DNA of 64,000 nt, from assembly GCA_951406725.2 (NCBI GenBank), contig OX597822.1, positions 92,132,001-92,196,000 of the forward strand, given 5' to 3'. Both the position numbers and the translations under genes were made by a program. The stretch comes from Octopus vulgaris. Lineage: Eukaryota. Numbering within the stretch: the first letter of the stretch is position 1; the number at the start of each line of letters is the position of its first letter. This document shows, in pieces, positions 1 to 14,035 of the stretch. Under the pieces are notes generated by a model. The model was not told the origin of the DNA. It did not search any database and saw only the letters and a list, made by a program, of their open reading frames with translations.

Positions 1-1460
1 GAAAGCCTACATTAAAGAAAACGTTAAACATTGTGAAAGGTGTCTCAGGAAAAAAATTACATTTTTGGGGCAGAATGATAACTGAGGTTACATTTCAGGG
101 TAAAACCTTGAAAACAAAACTTTTTGTGTTAAATAATACAACTTGCTTGGTACTGACTGGATGGAATTGTTTAATTTATGGGACCTCCCCATAAATCTGT
201 TCTATAAAAATATAAATGGTTTTTCCTCCTGTAAAAACGAGTCGTCAGACAAATTGAAAGAAAAAATAAAAAATATTTTTCCTGAGAGACTAGAAAAAAT
301 TGGAGTTATCCAAAAAGTGGAATATTCTAAATGGGCAACACCAACTGTGTATATTAAGGAAAAGAATCATAAAATCAGAGTGTGCACTGATTTTTCCACT
401 GGTTTAAACGAATGTCTTAAAATGTGCCACTATCCACTACCTACTCTGGAGGGTATTTTTACAAAGTTTAAACAGTGGCAAGATATTTTCTAAATTGGAT
501 CGCTGATGCATACCTACAAATTAGAGCAGACAGTGAATGGTTGAAATACCTAACAGTTAACACAAATAAAGGACTGTATAAGTACAACAGGTTACGATTT
601 GGTTTAAATCGTAACCTGCAATTTTTCAACAGATTATGGAAGCAATGTTAGCAGACTGAATTTGCAATTCCATGATTAATCATTAAAAGCAAATCCAAGG
701 ATCAACACATAGAGCATGTAAAATATGTATTTGAAAAAATTAAGGATTATGGCTTTACCTTGAGTATGAACTTTTTTTTTTTTTACCAGAAATAAGATAT
801 TTAGGACAAATTATTGACAAAAAATGGATGACAACCTGACCTGTCAACGGCAAACCTAATTAGAAATATACCTCTGACTAATATATGAACCATACAAGTA
901 TTTTTAGGATTGGCAAATTATTAGCAAAATTATATCCCAAATATGTATAAGGCTAGGGCTCTACTGAATAATTTGCTGAAAAAGATATGAAATGGAATTG
1001 GTCTGAAAATTGCCAAAAGGTGTTTGATGGAAGTTAAAAAATATTGATATCTCAAAGCCCAAACACTTGTTCAAGTAAGTCACCTGCAGAACTAATGTTT
1101 GCTCGAAAAATAAAGTCAATTGTTGACCAGTAAGAAAAACAAATAGGGGAAACACTAAAAATATGACAAAGTATTTTAATATCGGTGCCAAGGTGTTTTT
1201 CAAAATATACAAAAATGGAAGAGAGGGTTGAGAAGATGGAATAGTAACAAAATGAATAGGCAAAATGATGTGTATAGTAAGAGGTGAAAAATGGGAACAC
1301 AAAAGTCATTTACCAGTTAAAAAACTAGATAAACATTAAAAAGAAAAGATACCCATGGAAGTGCTCTAGAAAACCCTGTTCAAACACCACAAGAAGTCAA
1401 ACTTAGGCATACACAAGAAAGAGGAAACAAACAGAATGGTTGCCTAAATGGAAGAAATAT
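1..1460 (+). mobile_element. Degenerate Ty3/gypsy LTR-retrotransposon pol fragment (protease end and RT)
   Basis: ORF 143-493 has LGTDWM and SKWATPTVYIKEKNHKIRVCTDFSTGLNECL..HYPLP, a typical gypsy RT N-terminus. Frameshifted DAYLQ, GLYKYNRL.FG, YLGQII and FLGLANY pieces follow. Confidence 0.85.
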
Positions 1461-1494
1461 TAAACTTTCGTAGGAAGTAAATCTCAACGGTGGA

Positions 1495-1716
1495 GATTTA
1501 CATGTTGTGTAAATGAGGTCAGAACAGTACTGGATGAGTATTTTTCGTCATGGTCAAGTGAATTTTGGAAGAGGGGCCTTGCAAGTCTACCAGATAGACG
1601 GAAGAGCATTGTAGAAAATGAAGGAGAGTATATTTTAGATTAAAAAAGAACTTTATCATAATTTTTTAAAAATAAAAGAAGTATTAAAAAACTGCATTAT
1701 TTATGGGATGACCCAA
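1495..1716 (+). mobile_element. Mariner transposon 3' end
   Basis: Translates DEYFSSWSSEFWKRGLASLPDRRKSIVENEGEYILD*, the mariner C-terminus. A TIR-like TTATTTATGGGATGACCCAA and TA follow. Confidence 0.8.
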
Positions 1717-1873
1717 TATATATATATATATGATAATAATAATAATAAGAGTAAATAATTTCTTTAATGGTTTTTAAAAAACCAACAATTATTTACTGGT
1801 AGATTTCGGCATGTAAATATAATCATTAACGGTAGGAACTTCTGTAAAGTTCAGTATCTATTTTTATGGAGAG

Positions 1874-1927
1874 TTGCGCTGATGAAAGATATGAAATTAT
1901 ATTTCTAATCTAGAAACATGTTCGCAA
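1874..1927 (+). ncRNA. Minimal type-I hammerhead ribozyme motif
   Basis: TTGCG-CTGATGA-(stem II AGAT..GAAAT/ATTTC..ATCT, closing pair A/A mismatched)-GAAAC AT GTT-CGCAA. Stem III is the palindrome ACATGT. Confidence 0.65.
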
Positions 1928-2010
1928 ATGACCGTTAGACTTTGTTTTCATTATTTATTCCTTTTGTTTTGCATATGTGAATTACAGGGATATGTCATAT
2001 GTGGAGTCCC

Positions 2011-2047
<37 letters not shown>

Positions 2048-4769
2048 GGTTGTGCTGTTTAAACACTGGCATTCAAGTGGGAGAAAACAGAAACTATATT
2101 TAAGAAGTCAATATCAGAGAGTAAAAGACAGCTAGAAAACATACTTGTAAGAATAGCTAAAGAATGGAATAAAAATGAAGCCAATTTTTTAAAGGATTTG
2201 TTTTTTAAAGCCAAGATAAACCTATCAGATATTATTTCTGGATGACCCTATTTCTTTATCTCAGCTGATGAACCTATATATCATTATTGCTCTAATTGCT
2301 TCAGTGTTCTATTTTCAATCTTATTAAATTAAGCAATGTTAATCCTGTCTCCTTCCCTAATTCTATATGTATTCGCTGTGACCAACTCTAGTGGTATATT
2401 AGTGCTCTTCATACTTCATTAGAATTTATCTAGTTTAGTATTTTCTATAAACTGAAGAAGTTTTAAAACAAGTTAATTTCTGGTTATTTCTGCTCAAATT
2501 CAATAATTTGATGTTTTTAGTATCATGCTGCCATATATTACAGATATGCCCATCTTAGCATTTTTACTTTTATAGATTTTGTTGAACCATTTTTCTTGAA
2601 GCATTGATGTTGCCATTATGATTGTTTTGTTTGTGATTTTTTATTTATTCTTTATTTTCCTTATTTAAAAATATTGATTTTTTTTCCTTATTCAAACTGG
2701 CAGAAACCACAAAAAGTCAAACTTTGAAGAAACACCACTGCATAAAGCCAAAAGGTCAGGTGAATTTTTTAAAAGAATCTTGCCTTTTTAAAACTTCATA
2801 ATCCTTCTAGAACTGCATATCTTTTGAAATTTCTTTTGGATTTCACTTCTAATGTTTGCTTGAATGTGTGGCTTTTTGGTTTCCCAGTTTAGTTAACTTA
2901 ATGGATTTTTTTTTCTTTTACTGGAGGGCATTTATGTTGGAATTGGGAAAAGAGACCAAATGTATTGCTTATGGTATGTGGATGCATGTGTTTACAAACA
3001 CATTATACCATTGTAATCACTTTGTATTTTAAGAAAAATATTCATTCATGGAAATAGTTTAACTTGGATTCCCAATCATCAGATTTTTTAAAATCAATAT
3101 GATTATTTATTTCAACCCATTCTGGCATGAGATATGTAGGTTTGCAATCCAGTCTTCCCAAATTATTTCTTCTCTGAGATGATCCAATATTTTTAGGTTG
3201 AACCTGACTACCTTTGGCCAGGTCTTCTTTAATCTCTCTTGGCATGTTATTGTTGACTCGGTTGGTGATGTTTCCAGCTACATAGTATTGTTTGCAAATT
3301 TAACTGAGGAGATGTTTTTCTTTCTATTAAACACAATAACGATATGGGCTGGATGTGTGTTTACTGTGAAACTTCCTTTTGTTGAACGGAGGAGGGGGGT
3401 TAAAGGGGGGGGGGGGGGGAGGACAGTACCCATAACCTATTATAGGGCTTCCAAGACTAGTGAGAAGGGTAGAAGTTAGCCTCAAACTGTTTGCAACAGA
3501 GTAGATTGCACTAAAGGAACCCAAGTAGGCCATGGCAGGATTTGAACTCAAAATGCAAAGAGCTGCAGCAAATACCACAAGGTACCTTCTTCCATGCCCT
3601 TTTATTTATTAATTCCAGACAGATTGCAACAACATTGACTTTGGCTGGGTTTGAACTCAGAGTGCAGGAGGCTTGAGCATACTAATACTTTCACAACTCT
3701 ATCATCTTAAGCCTATATTAATGTAATGAGATGAATCTAGTGCTTCTATCATATATATCATTACTTTACAAATTGTATTCTAAGTTTCAGGGTATCCTTT
3801 GTCATCCAGTAGTCATATACATGGGTGAGCTGCTTTTAATACCAGAACAAAATATGGCTGAAGTTGAATGCCAGCCTTTTGAGGATTTCCTCTTCAAGCA
3901 AGTATGACATTAAGCAATGAGTTGCTATATGAAAAGTTCAGAGAGTGAGTCATATTAAAAAATTTGTTTCTATTGTTCACAATTATAAACAGAAGTTGGA
4001 CTTTGGTGTCTGCATCCACAAGTATGCATGGACATGAGTGCACACACATACATATGTGTTTTGAGTATTCTTTGAATTTAGTGCTTCTATATAGTGGTAA
4101 GAAATTCTCAGAACTACACAGCAGAAGATCTTCAGAGAAGAAACCCACTTCAGGCAAGTGTTTTGGCTCTTAACTTCTTACATTCTAAGGTGGCTAGTCT
4201 GCATCCAGATCATAACTCATGGGTGCCCTTCTATTGACACCTTTTAGCCACTTGGATATCAGAGATTCGTGCATTTGAACTGCTTAGAGATTTTAACTAG
4301 TTGTAACTCCTCTCTGATTCAGCTTTCAATGTTATACTTGGAGAAGAAATGTCAGTTATCATGGCAGCGATAAATTGTCAACGCTTTCACAATGAATCAC
4401 TCAGAGTTACTTCCCTTAACATTAAGATACCAAAATATTGCCTTCAAATGGTATGGAGTCATTTTTGTTCCTCCTTGACCAGATCGAGCTGGAACATCTT
4501 TCTGCTGTCTCTGTATATTTATGTATGTCATCATAATTTATCATCCACTTTTCCATGCTTGCATGGGTTGGATGGAGTATATTTGAGGCAGATTTTCTGC
4601 AGTTAGATGCTCTTCCTATTGCCAACCCTCACCTGTTTCCAAGCAAAGTAATATTTTCCCATGGCCAGACATGTTCTTGCAAAATATTGGAAATGAATGA
4701 CATTGCTTGTATGACAGTAGCACTTATTTACAACTATCATGCAATGTTAAGACAAGGAGACAAACACAC

Positions 4770-4930
4770 ACATACGACTGGCTTCTTTCAGTTTCCATCT
4801 ACCAAATCCATTCAGAGGCTTTGGTTGGGCCAGGGCTATGGTAGAAGACACCTACCCAAGGTGCCATGCAGTAGGATTGAACCTGGAGCCATGTGGCTGG
4901 GAAGCAAACTTCTTCTTACCACATAGCCAG
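4770..4930 (-). mobile_element. tRNA-head SINE fragment
   Basis: Reverse complement of the SINE head at 6910. Confidence 0.75.
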
Positions 4931-5119
4931 TATATACCAATATCTGGCATCCGCTGCAGCTCTGTGGATGCTGTGAATCTATTGATTGTCTTTCTTTTGT
5001 GGCATTTTCATAAGTAGAGTAGTGGTAATTGGGGTAGGCACTTGCTTTAAGAAACTAGCCAGATACAGCAGAAGTGATCAACTCTGCAATACTATCTTAG
5101 AACACCAACTTCATATATA

Positions 5120-5355
5120 GGTGCAGCTATGGCTGTGTGGTTAAGAAGCTCACTTTGTGACCAACTAGTTTTGAACTTAGTCCCATTCTATGCCTTAGGA
5201 GTGAATTCAGTAGAGAGAAACTGTGTGGAAGTGTATTGTGTGTCTCTGTTTGTATGCACACCAGTGTTCTCCCTCCCCTTCCATTGTATAACAACTGGTG
5301 TTGGTTTGGTTATGTAACTTAACAATTCAGCAAAAGAAACCAATAGAATAAGTAC
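5120..5355 (+). mobile_element. Diverged SINE, same family as 6910
   Basis: GGCTGTGTGGTTAAGAAGCT head and ..CAAAAGAAACCAATAGAATAAGTAC body. Confidence 0.65.
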
Positions 5356-6516
5356 ATTAATGGCATCAATCTCACTGGTTTGGGAGGATCTGCAAAGACC
5401 ATGGGTGCTGCCCCTTCCTCCAACCCCAAGACGTTAATAAAAAAAGATAAAAAAACAAACTAGCAAAAAAATGAAAACTGTAGAAGCATTGAATATCATA
5501 ATCCAAAATGGAATATGATAATCGTTTGTTATGAAGTTTTGATATGGTAGTTACAAATGTGTTAGGTTTTGCGCCAAATATTACTTATCAGTAAACAGTT
5601 AGTTGTCTCTACTAGAAAATGAGCTGATAGACTTTTACTTTGTCTTTTAGTTTTGATTTTGGTCATTTGAAAATATTGGTTTTCTTTCAAAAAAAAAAAA
5701 GGGATAAAAATGGTTTATATTCTAGTTTAATAGCTTTGATATTGATTCTTGCTAACAGTCAACAGAGTTAGTAGTTTGTTGAAGAGTAAAACAAATCAAA
5801 GATACACATGGGATTAGGAAAGTCTAAGTCTTCTGGGATTACAGAGGCTTTGTTTCTCTGAATTCTAACTGGTTTCAATGAAAATTCAACAGCTATTTTA
5901 TAATTTCTTCTTTTTACTAGTTTCTCTTTTCCCTCACAATCTTTAATAATTTTGCTTCAGAAGATTTTGTAGACATTTGTTTATGCCTCATAGCTATTAG
6001 GCCATTGCCAAATAATTTACATTCACTTGATAAACTGAACTTTTAGCTATTGTTAGAAATGTGTTAGCTATAAAGGGAAAAACAAGATATCTCCTGTTTA
6101 TGTCTTTCAGAGAAACGGTTCACCAATAGAAAAATTGTGTTGTTTTATTTTGTTTTACTACTAATGGTTTAAGATCTGTCATACTTAATATGCATGTTCT
6201 TTGTTCATTTGTTATTCTTTACATGATTTTTTCCCCATTTACAGACATCTTTTTTTTTAATATCTATTTTTTTGCATGATTATCCCTGCATTTCAACAAA
6301 TTGCTGGAATGTTAACTATTGAATTTAAACTTTGGTGCAGCAGAATTACCTATTTCTCAATAGGTGACAAGATAAAAAAAAAAAAACCATTAACTCTCCA
6401 CTCCATAATCAAGCTTGTTGCTCTTTGTTTTGACCTATTAAGATCAAATAAATGAAATACAAGTAGAGGAAAGGGAAGAAAGTAGAAAACTAAGATTCCT
6501 TAAATGTCAAGGTAAT

Positions 6517-6705
6517 ATTGGCTTCAAATTTTGGCACAAGGCCAGCAATTTCAGAGGAGGGGCATGTGGATTGCATTAATCCCAGAGTTCAGCCGGTACT
6601 TATTTTTATCCACTCAGCGGAATTTGAACTCAGAACATAAAGTCTGACAAAATGCAGCTAAGCATTTAGACAGACATGCAAAAGATTCTTCCAACTCACT
6701 GGCTT
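6517..6705 (-). mobile_element. Second SINE family fragment
   Basis: CGGAATTTGAACTCAGAAC is the complement of a B-box-like GTTCAAATTCC. A related copy is on + at about 46720-46880. Confidence 0.55.
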
Positions 6706-6909
6706 AAGTGTCAAGGTAATATTGAAAATACTGTTAATATCGAATTGCTTGAATTTCATTTAACCCTCTGTCTACCAATGGGTCCAATGGACCCATTTCA
6801 GTTGCTCTTTCCTACTGTTTATATTATTTGATTCTGCTGATTTCTTGTGACTTATTTTTTCTTGACTCTCTTTTATTTGTCGAATGGGAAATTTTCCATA
6901 TGTTTAAAT

Positions 6910-7074
6910 AAGGCGTAGGAGTGGCTGTGTGGTAAGTAGCTTGCTTACCAACCACATTGTCCCGGGTTCAGTCCCACTGCGTGGCACCTTGGGCAAGTGT
7001 CTTCTACTATAGCCTCGGGCCGACCAAAGCCTTGTGAGTGAATTTGGTAGACGGAAACTGAAAGAAGCCTGTCG

Positions 7075-7142
<68 letters not shown>

Positions 7143-7348
7143 ACTGTGTTTGTCCCCCCAACATCACTTGACAACTGATGCTGGTGTGTTTACCTCTCCG
7201 TAACTTAGCTGTTCGGCAAAAGAGACTGATAGAATAAGTACTAGGCTTACAAAGAATAAGTCCTGGGGTTGATTTGCTCGACTAAAAAGGCGGTGCTCCA
7301 GCATGGCCGCAGTCAAATGACTGAAACAAGTAAAAGAGTAAAAGAATA
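6910..7348 (+). mobile_element. Full-length tRNA-derived SINE with internal (TA)n/(TG)n
   Basis: A-box-like TGGCTGTGTGG, B-box-like GGTTCAGTCCC, tail GACTGAAACAAGTAAAAGAGTAAAAG. More than 10 copies in this window. Confidence 0.9.
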
Positions 7349-7796
7349 AACCTAGAAAATTTTACTGTATGCATTCATTACTGTATGGATCCATTGGACC
7401 CTCAAATTAAATTAAGATAATACTCTTGTCATTCTAGACAGAATAAAAGCAGTATCAAATATTATTTTCCTAGATATTTATCAGATATAAAATAGATAAA
7501 ATTGTATTCAATTTATTTGCTGAATTTTAGATAGAATAGGAAAAATTATGAAAATATTCCTGTAAGTTTGTGTGGTATTGTATCATAGTCTGCCCATACT
7601 GCCAATATTGGTAATGACAAATTTTAAAGTTTGCTTGACATTTTATAAGTGTGAAAAGGATTAAGATTTCGATACTCCATATCAAAGGTTCCAACAAGAA
7701 TAGACAGAAAAGAATTCTATGTATATAATCAGTTTGATCGGTCACCTTCCCCTGCCAGTTGAGTAAAGTGTCATCCAAGTTGATGTCTTTTGGTAA

Positions 7797-8192
7797 TCTT
7801 TATATATAAAAGTGAAGTTGTGTGTCTGTCTCCTACGATTTAGATTCCTAACTACTCCCACATTTTGCGGTGCAGTTTAACCAAAACCGGGTATTTTATA
7901 GTCGTGATTCATATTGAGCCCTTCTGGGTATTAGCGCGCGTCTACCATGAGTCTATGATTAAAAAAAAAATTTGCTATCATTTTTTTCCATTTAAATGCA
8001 TTTTTTCGCTATTACATAAGGGAAGTAACTCTCTAAAAATGTCTACGATGAGTCAGCGATTTAAAAAAAATTTACCATCATTTTTTTCCCATTTTTAAAG
8101 CATTTTTTGCTATTTTTTGGCTATAACTCTCTAAAAATGCTTATAAAGTTATTTCCCTTACAAACCCGAGCAACGCCGGGCGATACTGCTAG
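7797..8192 (+). mobile_element. Non-autonomous Helitron-type element
   Basis: Starts TC after an A and ends CTAG before a T. Subterminal hairpin CCCGAGCAACGCCGGG, no TSD. Second copy at 20602-20899. Confidence 0.8.
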
Positions 8193-9799
8193 TTAAACTT
8201 AATTTGCAATACCTGTGCATATTTATCAGCTTTGTTTCTGTTGGTAATTCTTATCAACAACTTTTCCTGTGATTGTGATTTGAGAAGATATACAGCAGTA
8301 TACTAAAGATCAGACATAATCTCTTGTGGGCAAGAAATGTAAAATAAAGTTTATTATAAACAACAGAAACACTTTGTAATTTAATAACTTTCAATGTGAT
8401 ACCTGTTAAATAGAAATTATTTTTATTTAATGAAAATTTAATAAAATCTAATCATAAGTAAGTGAAATTATACTAAATACAACTAAATTGAAAACCTTTT
8501 TTCCTTGGCTATATTAGCAATTCTGAAAATCTTTTTTCCTTGGCTATATTAGCAATTCTGAAAACTTTTGGGTACAAATTTTACATTAGTAGATGCTTTA
8601 TTTTTTTTTTTAACAAATTTTATCCTGAAAATCATCTGGGTAAATTACACAGTTGCACAATTTACATGGGTTTTTGTGGTAGTTCAATTGTGCTTTCCAG
8701 TATGCCGAGATGGGAAAACTTGAGTGAAGACCAAATATTGAAAATGTTATTGGAATTAGATGAAGAATAGGAAGAAGATACTAGTGATTCCTTCTATTGC
8801 TCTGAAGATGATGGTGAAATTGATTGTGTGCTGGACAATTTAGGTTCTGTGTCATCAGATGATGAAGATACTCAAAAACAATTTTCTACAAGCCACCCTA
8901 TTATGAATGAGTAATATGTTTCTAGAGACAGACTAGAAGTTTGGTATTCTAATCTTATCTTGCAATATTGTGCGCCAGGAATGTGAACCATCCCGTTTTG
9001 CTGAAAGGTCTTGCAATAGAATTAAAACATGTTTTACTATCTTTATGCGCCAGAATCCTCTTGAAGTAATTCATAAATGGACGAATGTTGATGGTCAGGT
9101 TGTTTTCAAAGATAAATGGAAGGAAATTAATCACTCTGAACTAAAGAAATTTATTGGACTGATTATTTTTATAAGTGTTTATAAATCTAAACATGAAAAT
9201 GTCACACAGTTATAGAGTCAAGAAGATGGCTGCCCAATATTCAACAAAATTATGAACTGGGGAAGGTTTCAACAGGTTTTACAAGTATTGTGTTTTGATG
9301 ATGCTAGTGCAAGGAGAAAAAAGAGAAGTGATGCTAAATTGGAGCCCATAAGAGAAGTATTTGAAATGTATCAGAACTTGCAAGATGGATATGTTCCAAG
9401 TTCATGCACGACAGTTGATGACCAATTAGTTTCATTCAGAGGGTCGTGCCCATTCTGGGTATATATTCCTTCAAAACCAGAGAAATATGGAATTAAAATC
9501 TGGGCAATATGCGACAGTGAAACATCTTACGCCTGGAAAATGCAAATCTTCACTAGAAAAGGCCCAGTAAAAGGGAGAGAGACAAATCAAGGTTCAAGAG
9601 TTGTTGAAGACCAAGTGAAAGAACTTGAAAATACTGGTCGCAATATAACTTGTGATAATTTTTTTATCACAAGTCTAGGATTGGCTTGAAAGCTGCTTAG
9701 CAAGAAAACTACTTTAGCTGGAACAATTAGAAAGAAGAGAGTTGAACTTCCAGTGTGGACTGAATGCTTTTTACATGGCACCAGCTAAAATTCCATTAA

Positions 9800-10172
9800 T
9801 GCTTACTGATTTACTGTGGCCATGATGTAGCGCCACCTTGAAGGATTTTAGTTGAACAATTCAACTCCAGTAATTATTTTTAAAGCCCTGTACTTATTCT
9901 ATCATTTTTTTTGTCAAGCTGCTAAGTTACGAGGGCATAAACAACTAGCACCAGTTGTCAAGTATTGAGAGAGGAACAAACATGAGCAGAAAGACACACA
10001 CATGCATAAATATATACATATGTATATATACGATGGGCTTCTTTCAGTTTCCATCTACCAAATCCAATCACAAGGCTTTGGTCGGCCCAAGGCTATAGTA
10101 GAAGAAACCCAAGGTGCCACAAAGTGTGACTGAACCTGGAACCATATGTTTGGGAAGCAAGCTTCTTACCAC
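9800..10172 (-). mobile_element. tRNA-head SINE
   Basis: Reverse complement of the 6910 family. Confidence 0.8.
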
Positions 10173-10174
10173 AA

Positions 10175-11330
10175 CCCTTTAGTGTTCAAACTGGCTGTAA
10201 CCGGCCAAAATGAATTCCCCTTTATTTGTTCAAACCGGCCGTATCCGAAAGCTCTATGAAATCGCTAAAAAAATAAATAAATCACGTTATTGAATTCTTG
10301 TGGCTTTGAGATAATGCGAGATGAAGCCTTTCCCGCCTTTATTCAAGTATAAATACTGTGAAATTGCTTAGACCACATGGTTTTTTTCACGTTTGAAGAG
10401 AAGTGTTTACATTTGTTGTGAAGAAATAGCGTCAGCAACTAGTGATTCCGACTTTAAAGGATTTACTATTGATGACATAGAAGATATAAAATGAAAACAA
10501 AAGTATTTTGTCTTTGGATGAATCTGATATTGATATCAGTGATTATTCATCAGATGAAGAAGATTTTGATAACGAAAGTGATGAAAATGATATCGTAAAC
10601 ATGGCAACATGGTCAAAAATTACAACACCAAACACTATTTCTGATTTTACAGAAAACACTGGTCCACAACACAATTTACCTCCTGATGCTCAACCACTGG
10701 ACTATCTAATTTTATTTTTACCTGAAAGTTTTTTTGAAAATGTTGCGGAGGAAACAAACAAATATGCGCAACATTTAATTTCTGTTCATGGAAGAAACGA
10801 TCCACTATGGCAGCCAACTAATACTGTGGAAATGAGAGCGTTTTTTCACAATTAATATTATGTTTGGAGTTAAACAGCTTCCTCGACTTTGGAACTATTG
10901 GAGTCCTGATGTAAGGCATGGCGATCCATATATTTCGAGTATAATGTCGAAGATGAAATATTCAAAAATATCTCAGTATTTGTATTTAACTGATTCTGCT
11001 AATGCCCCCAATCAAAAACGACCCAAACTACGATCCCCTGTACAAAGTACGTCCTGTAATCGATTTACTTGTTAATAATTATAAAACTGTTTATTTACTT
11101 GGAAAAAATCTCAGTGTAGATGAAGCCATGATAGGCTATAAGGGCAGAGTACATTTTCGGCAGTACATGCCTGCTAAACCTACTAAATGGGGGATCAAGG
11201 TATGGGAAGTTTGTGAATTGGAGACGGGATGTTGTGTAAACTTCTATGTTTACTCAGGTAAAATATATAAGGCGAAAAGACTGCATGGATTGGGACATGA
11301 TGTTGTATGGTCTAATATCATGACATATAT
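10175..11330 (+). mobile_element. piggyBac family 2, 3'-truncated transposase pseudogene
   Basis: Left end CCCTTTAGTGTTCAAA. ORF pieces PLDYLILFLPESFFENVAEETNKYA, DPLYKVRPVID and LSVDEAMIGYKGRVHFRQYMPAKPTKWGIKVW. Confidence 0.9.
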
Positions 11331-12082
11331 GTGTAGTATTTATATAAGTTTGTGTAGTTGATTGTGTATATAAATTTTTATAGTCAAGAGAATGTATAAA
11401 CTATTACATAAGGGTGTATATAAGTTTGTATGATAGTATATAAGATTGTGTAGTTGATGGTGTATATTATTTTATAGAAGTTTGTGTAATTGAGGGAGTT
11501 ATGCCAGTAATGTTAGAATCAATAATTATTAAGAAAAAACTTGTATATCAAATTATTGAATGAAATCCCATTACTATCTTTAACTCAGTGTGGAAATACT
11601 GGTAGGACATTGTCTGTTATGTTAGCATTTGTTTTCACTGACACAGCTCCAACAGTCAAGTTAGCGGCTCGGAAATTGCAAGCAAGCCATCTTGTTTAGA
11701 GTAGAAAAAAAGAACATTCACCAACTGCTCATGTTGCCTACCCTATTCACATCAACCACTCAGCACCAACTGTCACATCAATGGTCTGACACCAACTGTT
11801 GCATAAACAGTTCAACACCAACTACTGCATCAGCTGTCCGATATCAACAGCCTGACACCATGTAACTGCTGTGTTCACTCACTACTATTTATAATCTTCC
11901 ACACACAAAAACAAACAAAGAAAAACACCATGCAACATGTTTTAAAGTCATGTGACCAAAATGGATTATTTTTAATTAGAATTAATTATTAATTATTGAT
12001 CTTCACTTGCAGAACAACAGGACAGTAGTTCTATCTTGCATAGTACCATTTGAAATTGTATTCAGATTATTCCTTGTTCATT

Positions 12083-12134
<52 letters not shown>

Positions 12135-12138
<4 letters not shown>

Positions 12139-12236
12139 ATCCAAACAAGAAAGCACAACAGCGCGAGGACATGGAACAAATATAGTATTATTGGATGCTC
12201 AGGAAAGAAGGAGGGTTTAACGTTTTGAGCGGAGTT

Positions 12237-12277
<41 letters not shown>

Positions 12278-12420
12278 AAGCACATAAATGCAAAACAAGG
12301 TGTTAAAAATAGTACATGAATACCAGAGGTAGAGTAATATATTTTATTGATAAGCAGCAAAAATATCACAAAAGCTGTTACTCAGAGTTTCACATTCCTC
12401 TTCGTTGCACAGTTTTGTTT
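12135..12420 (-). mobile_element. PLE pseudo-LTR-like remnants with a decayed HHR
   Basis: Minus strand 12416-12371 reads AAAACTGT-GCAACGA-AGAGGAATGT-GAAACTCTGAGTA-ACAGCTTT. A related truncated copy is at about 18615-18730. Confidence 0.45.
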
Positions 12421-12545
12421 AAACACACACACACACATATCTATATGCATATACATATATACATGCACACACGCACACATACATACTTATAAATAATATG
12501 GGTGGCTAATTTGCAATTTTACAACCTAAAGGCAGAAATATATAC

Positions 12546-12760
12546 GTCACTAAAGTGACAGAAGGCACTGATCAGCACCAGCATTGCTAGAAATAAGAGT
12601 CAAAACAACTCAATAGCCATAGAAGACTGACAAGGGAAGTAAGCTTTCTATGCCAACGTAGCCAGATCATCGATGATTTCACCTACACCACTACAAGTTG
12701 TTTTGACTCATATTTCTAGCAATACTGGTGCCGATTAGTGCCCTTTGTCACTTTAGTGAC
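12546..12760. mobile_element. Foldback/MITE-like element with ~65 bp terminal inverted repeats
   Basis: GTCACTAAAGTGACAGAAGGCACTGATCAGCACCAG...GAGTCAAAACAACT matches the reverse complement at about 12696-12760. It sits among (CA)n tracts. Confidence 0.75.
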
Positions 12761-12957
12761 ACACACACACATACACACACACACACACATACACACACAC
12801 ACACACATACACACACACACATATATATGGAGAAAAAAGGAAAGGAGTATATTTGACGTCATTTTGCTGACCATGTAGGAGGTATTTCCTTCCCTTCACA
12901 TTAAGTCAAGTAACAAGAGAGAAAAGGGTAAACATACACACTAACAGCAGCACATCT

Positions 12958-13002
<45 letters not shown>

Positions 13003-13749
13003 TGCTTTAACTTCCATTTTTCATAAACAACCGAAACTCCATTGAATGTGGTATATCTCCTATACCTTAAAAGAATATAGGTCCAAATTTGAGGACAACC
13101 TATATCTCAATCAAAGGACCTTCCATGCTAAGTTTCAACATGATTGGTTAACTGGTATTTGTGTGCATTGGTGACAAACATGCAATTTTACGTATATATA
13201 TATACACGTATTGGAAGGTTTGGAGATGATGTACAGGTATTTTATATTAGAAGAAATGAGGTACTCAGAAATTCGGATGGTTTTATATTTACAGATATTT
13301 ATTTGTATATTACATGTTTTTATACATCATATAACTTAGATCATGTATTAACTCTTTCTCCCATTCTAGTGGGGTTTCCAAATCGAACCAAGTTCCTGTG
13401 AAAAGAGATTTGACCATTTTATAGTGTTATTGAGTGTGTAGTGGTGGGGAGGGATATAAGACAGTACAAGAGGGTGATGGATAGGGAGAAAGTGAGAGAG
13501 AGAGCATGTGTGTGTGTGTGTGTTTTTTTTTTGTATTTGGAAGGAGTGTTAAAGAAAAAGAGGGGAAGGGAGAGGGAAGAAGAAGAAAAAATTGTTCTGC
13601 TGGACAGGATGTTTACTCCGAGGGGGGTCCAAGATCTTGGGGGGAAAAGAATTTAAGTTTTGACCATTTTATAGTGTTATTGAGTGTGTAGTGGCGGGGA
13701 GGGACATAAGACAGTACAAGAGAGAGAGAGCATGCTCTCTCTCTCACAC

Positions 13750-14035
13750 ACACATACATAGAAAATACACAAACATGGACATGCAAGCACATGAATATAC
13801 ACGATACATACATACAAATGGACACACACACATATATACATACATACACATGCATACCTACATACACACATACATAAATGCATGCATAGGTGCACACATA
13901 CACACACTGACCCACATATATGTGCACAACCAAACAAAAAGGAACGCTGTGTAAATAACGGACAGTCAAGACTATTGAAAAGGTTGCAAGACAACGAAAA
14001 TTTTAGGAAAATGAAAATAAGAAATAAGTGGAAAT
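13750..14035. repeat. Unclassified dispersed repeat (second copy ~56220-56450)
   Basis: Both places share GACATGCAAGCACATGAAT...CAAACAAAAAGGAACGC.GTGTAAATAACGGACA.TCAAGACTATTGAAA. Confidence 0.7.

Larger units (their letters stand above)
6764..9780 (+). mobile_element. Degenerate piggyBac element (family 1) with nested SINE and Helitron
   Basis: TTAA|CCCT left end at 6760-6767. Transposase relic 8702-9775 has an acidic N-terminus, TVDDQLVSFRGSCPF..YIPSKPEKYGIKIW and GRNITCDNFF, with stops and frameshifts. The link between left end and ORF is inferred. Confidence 0.8.

Noticed and set aside
3042-3280. Minus-strand 67-aa ORF as a terminal exon, and CTGATGA-TTGG GAAT CCAA as an HHR
   Set aside because: No recognisable homology or partner exons. 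The HHR-like string lacks GAAA and stem I. The region may be a very old retroelement, but I cannot support a call.
6910-6985. tRNA gene
   Set aside because: It is the tRNA-like head of a multi-copy SINE, without a full cloverleaf.
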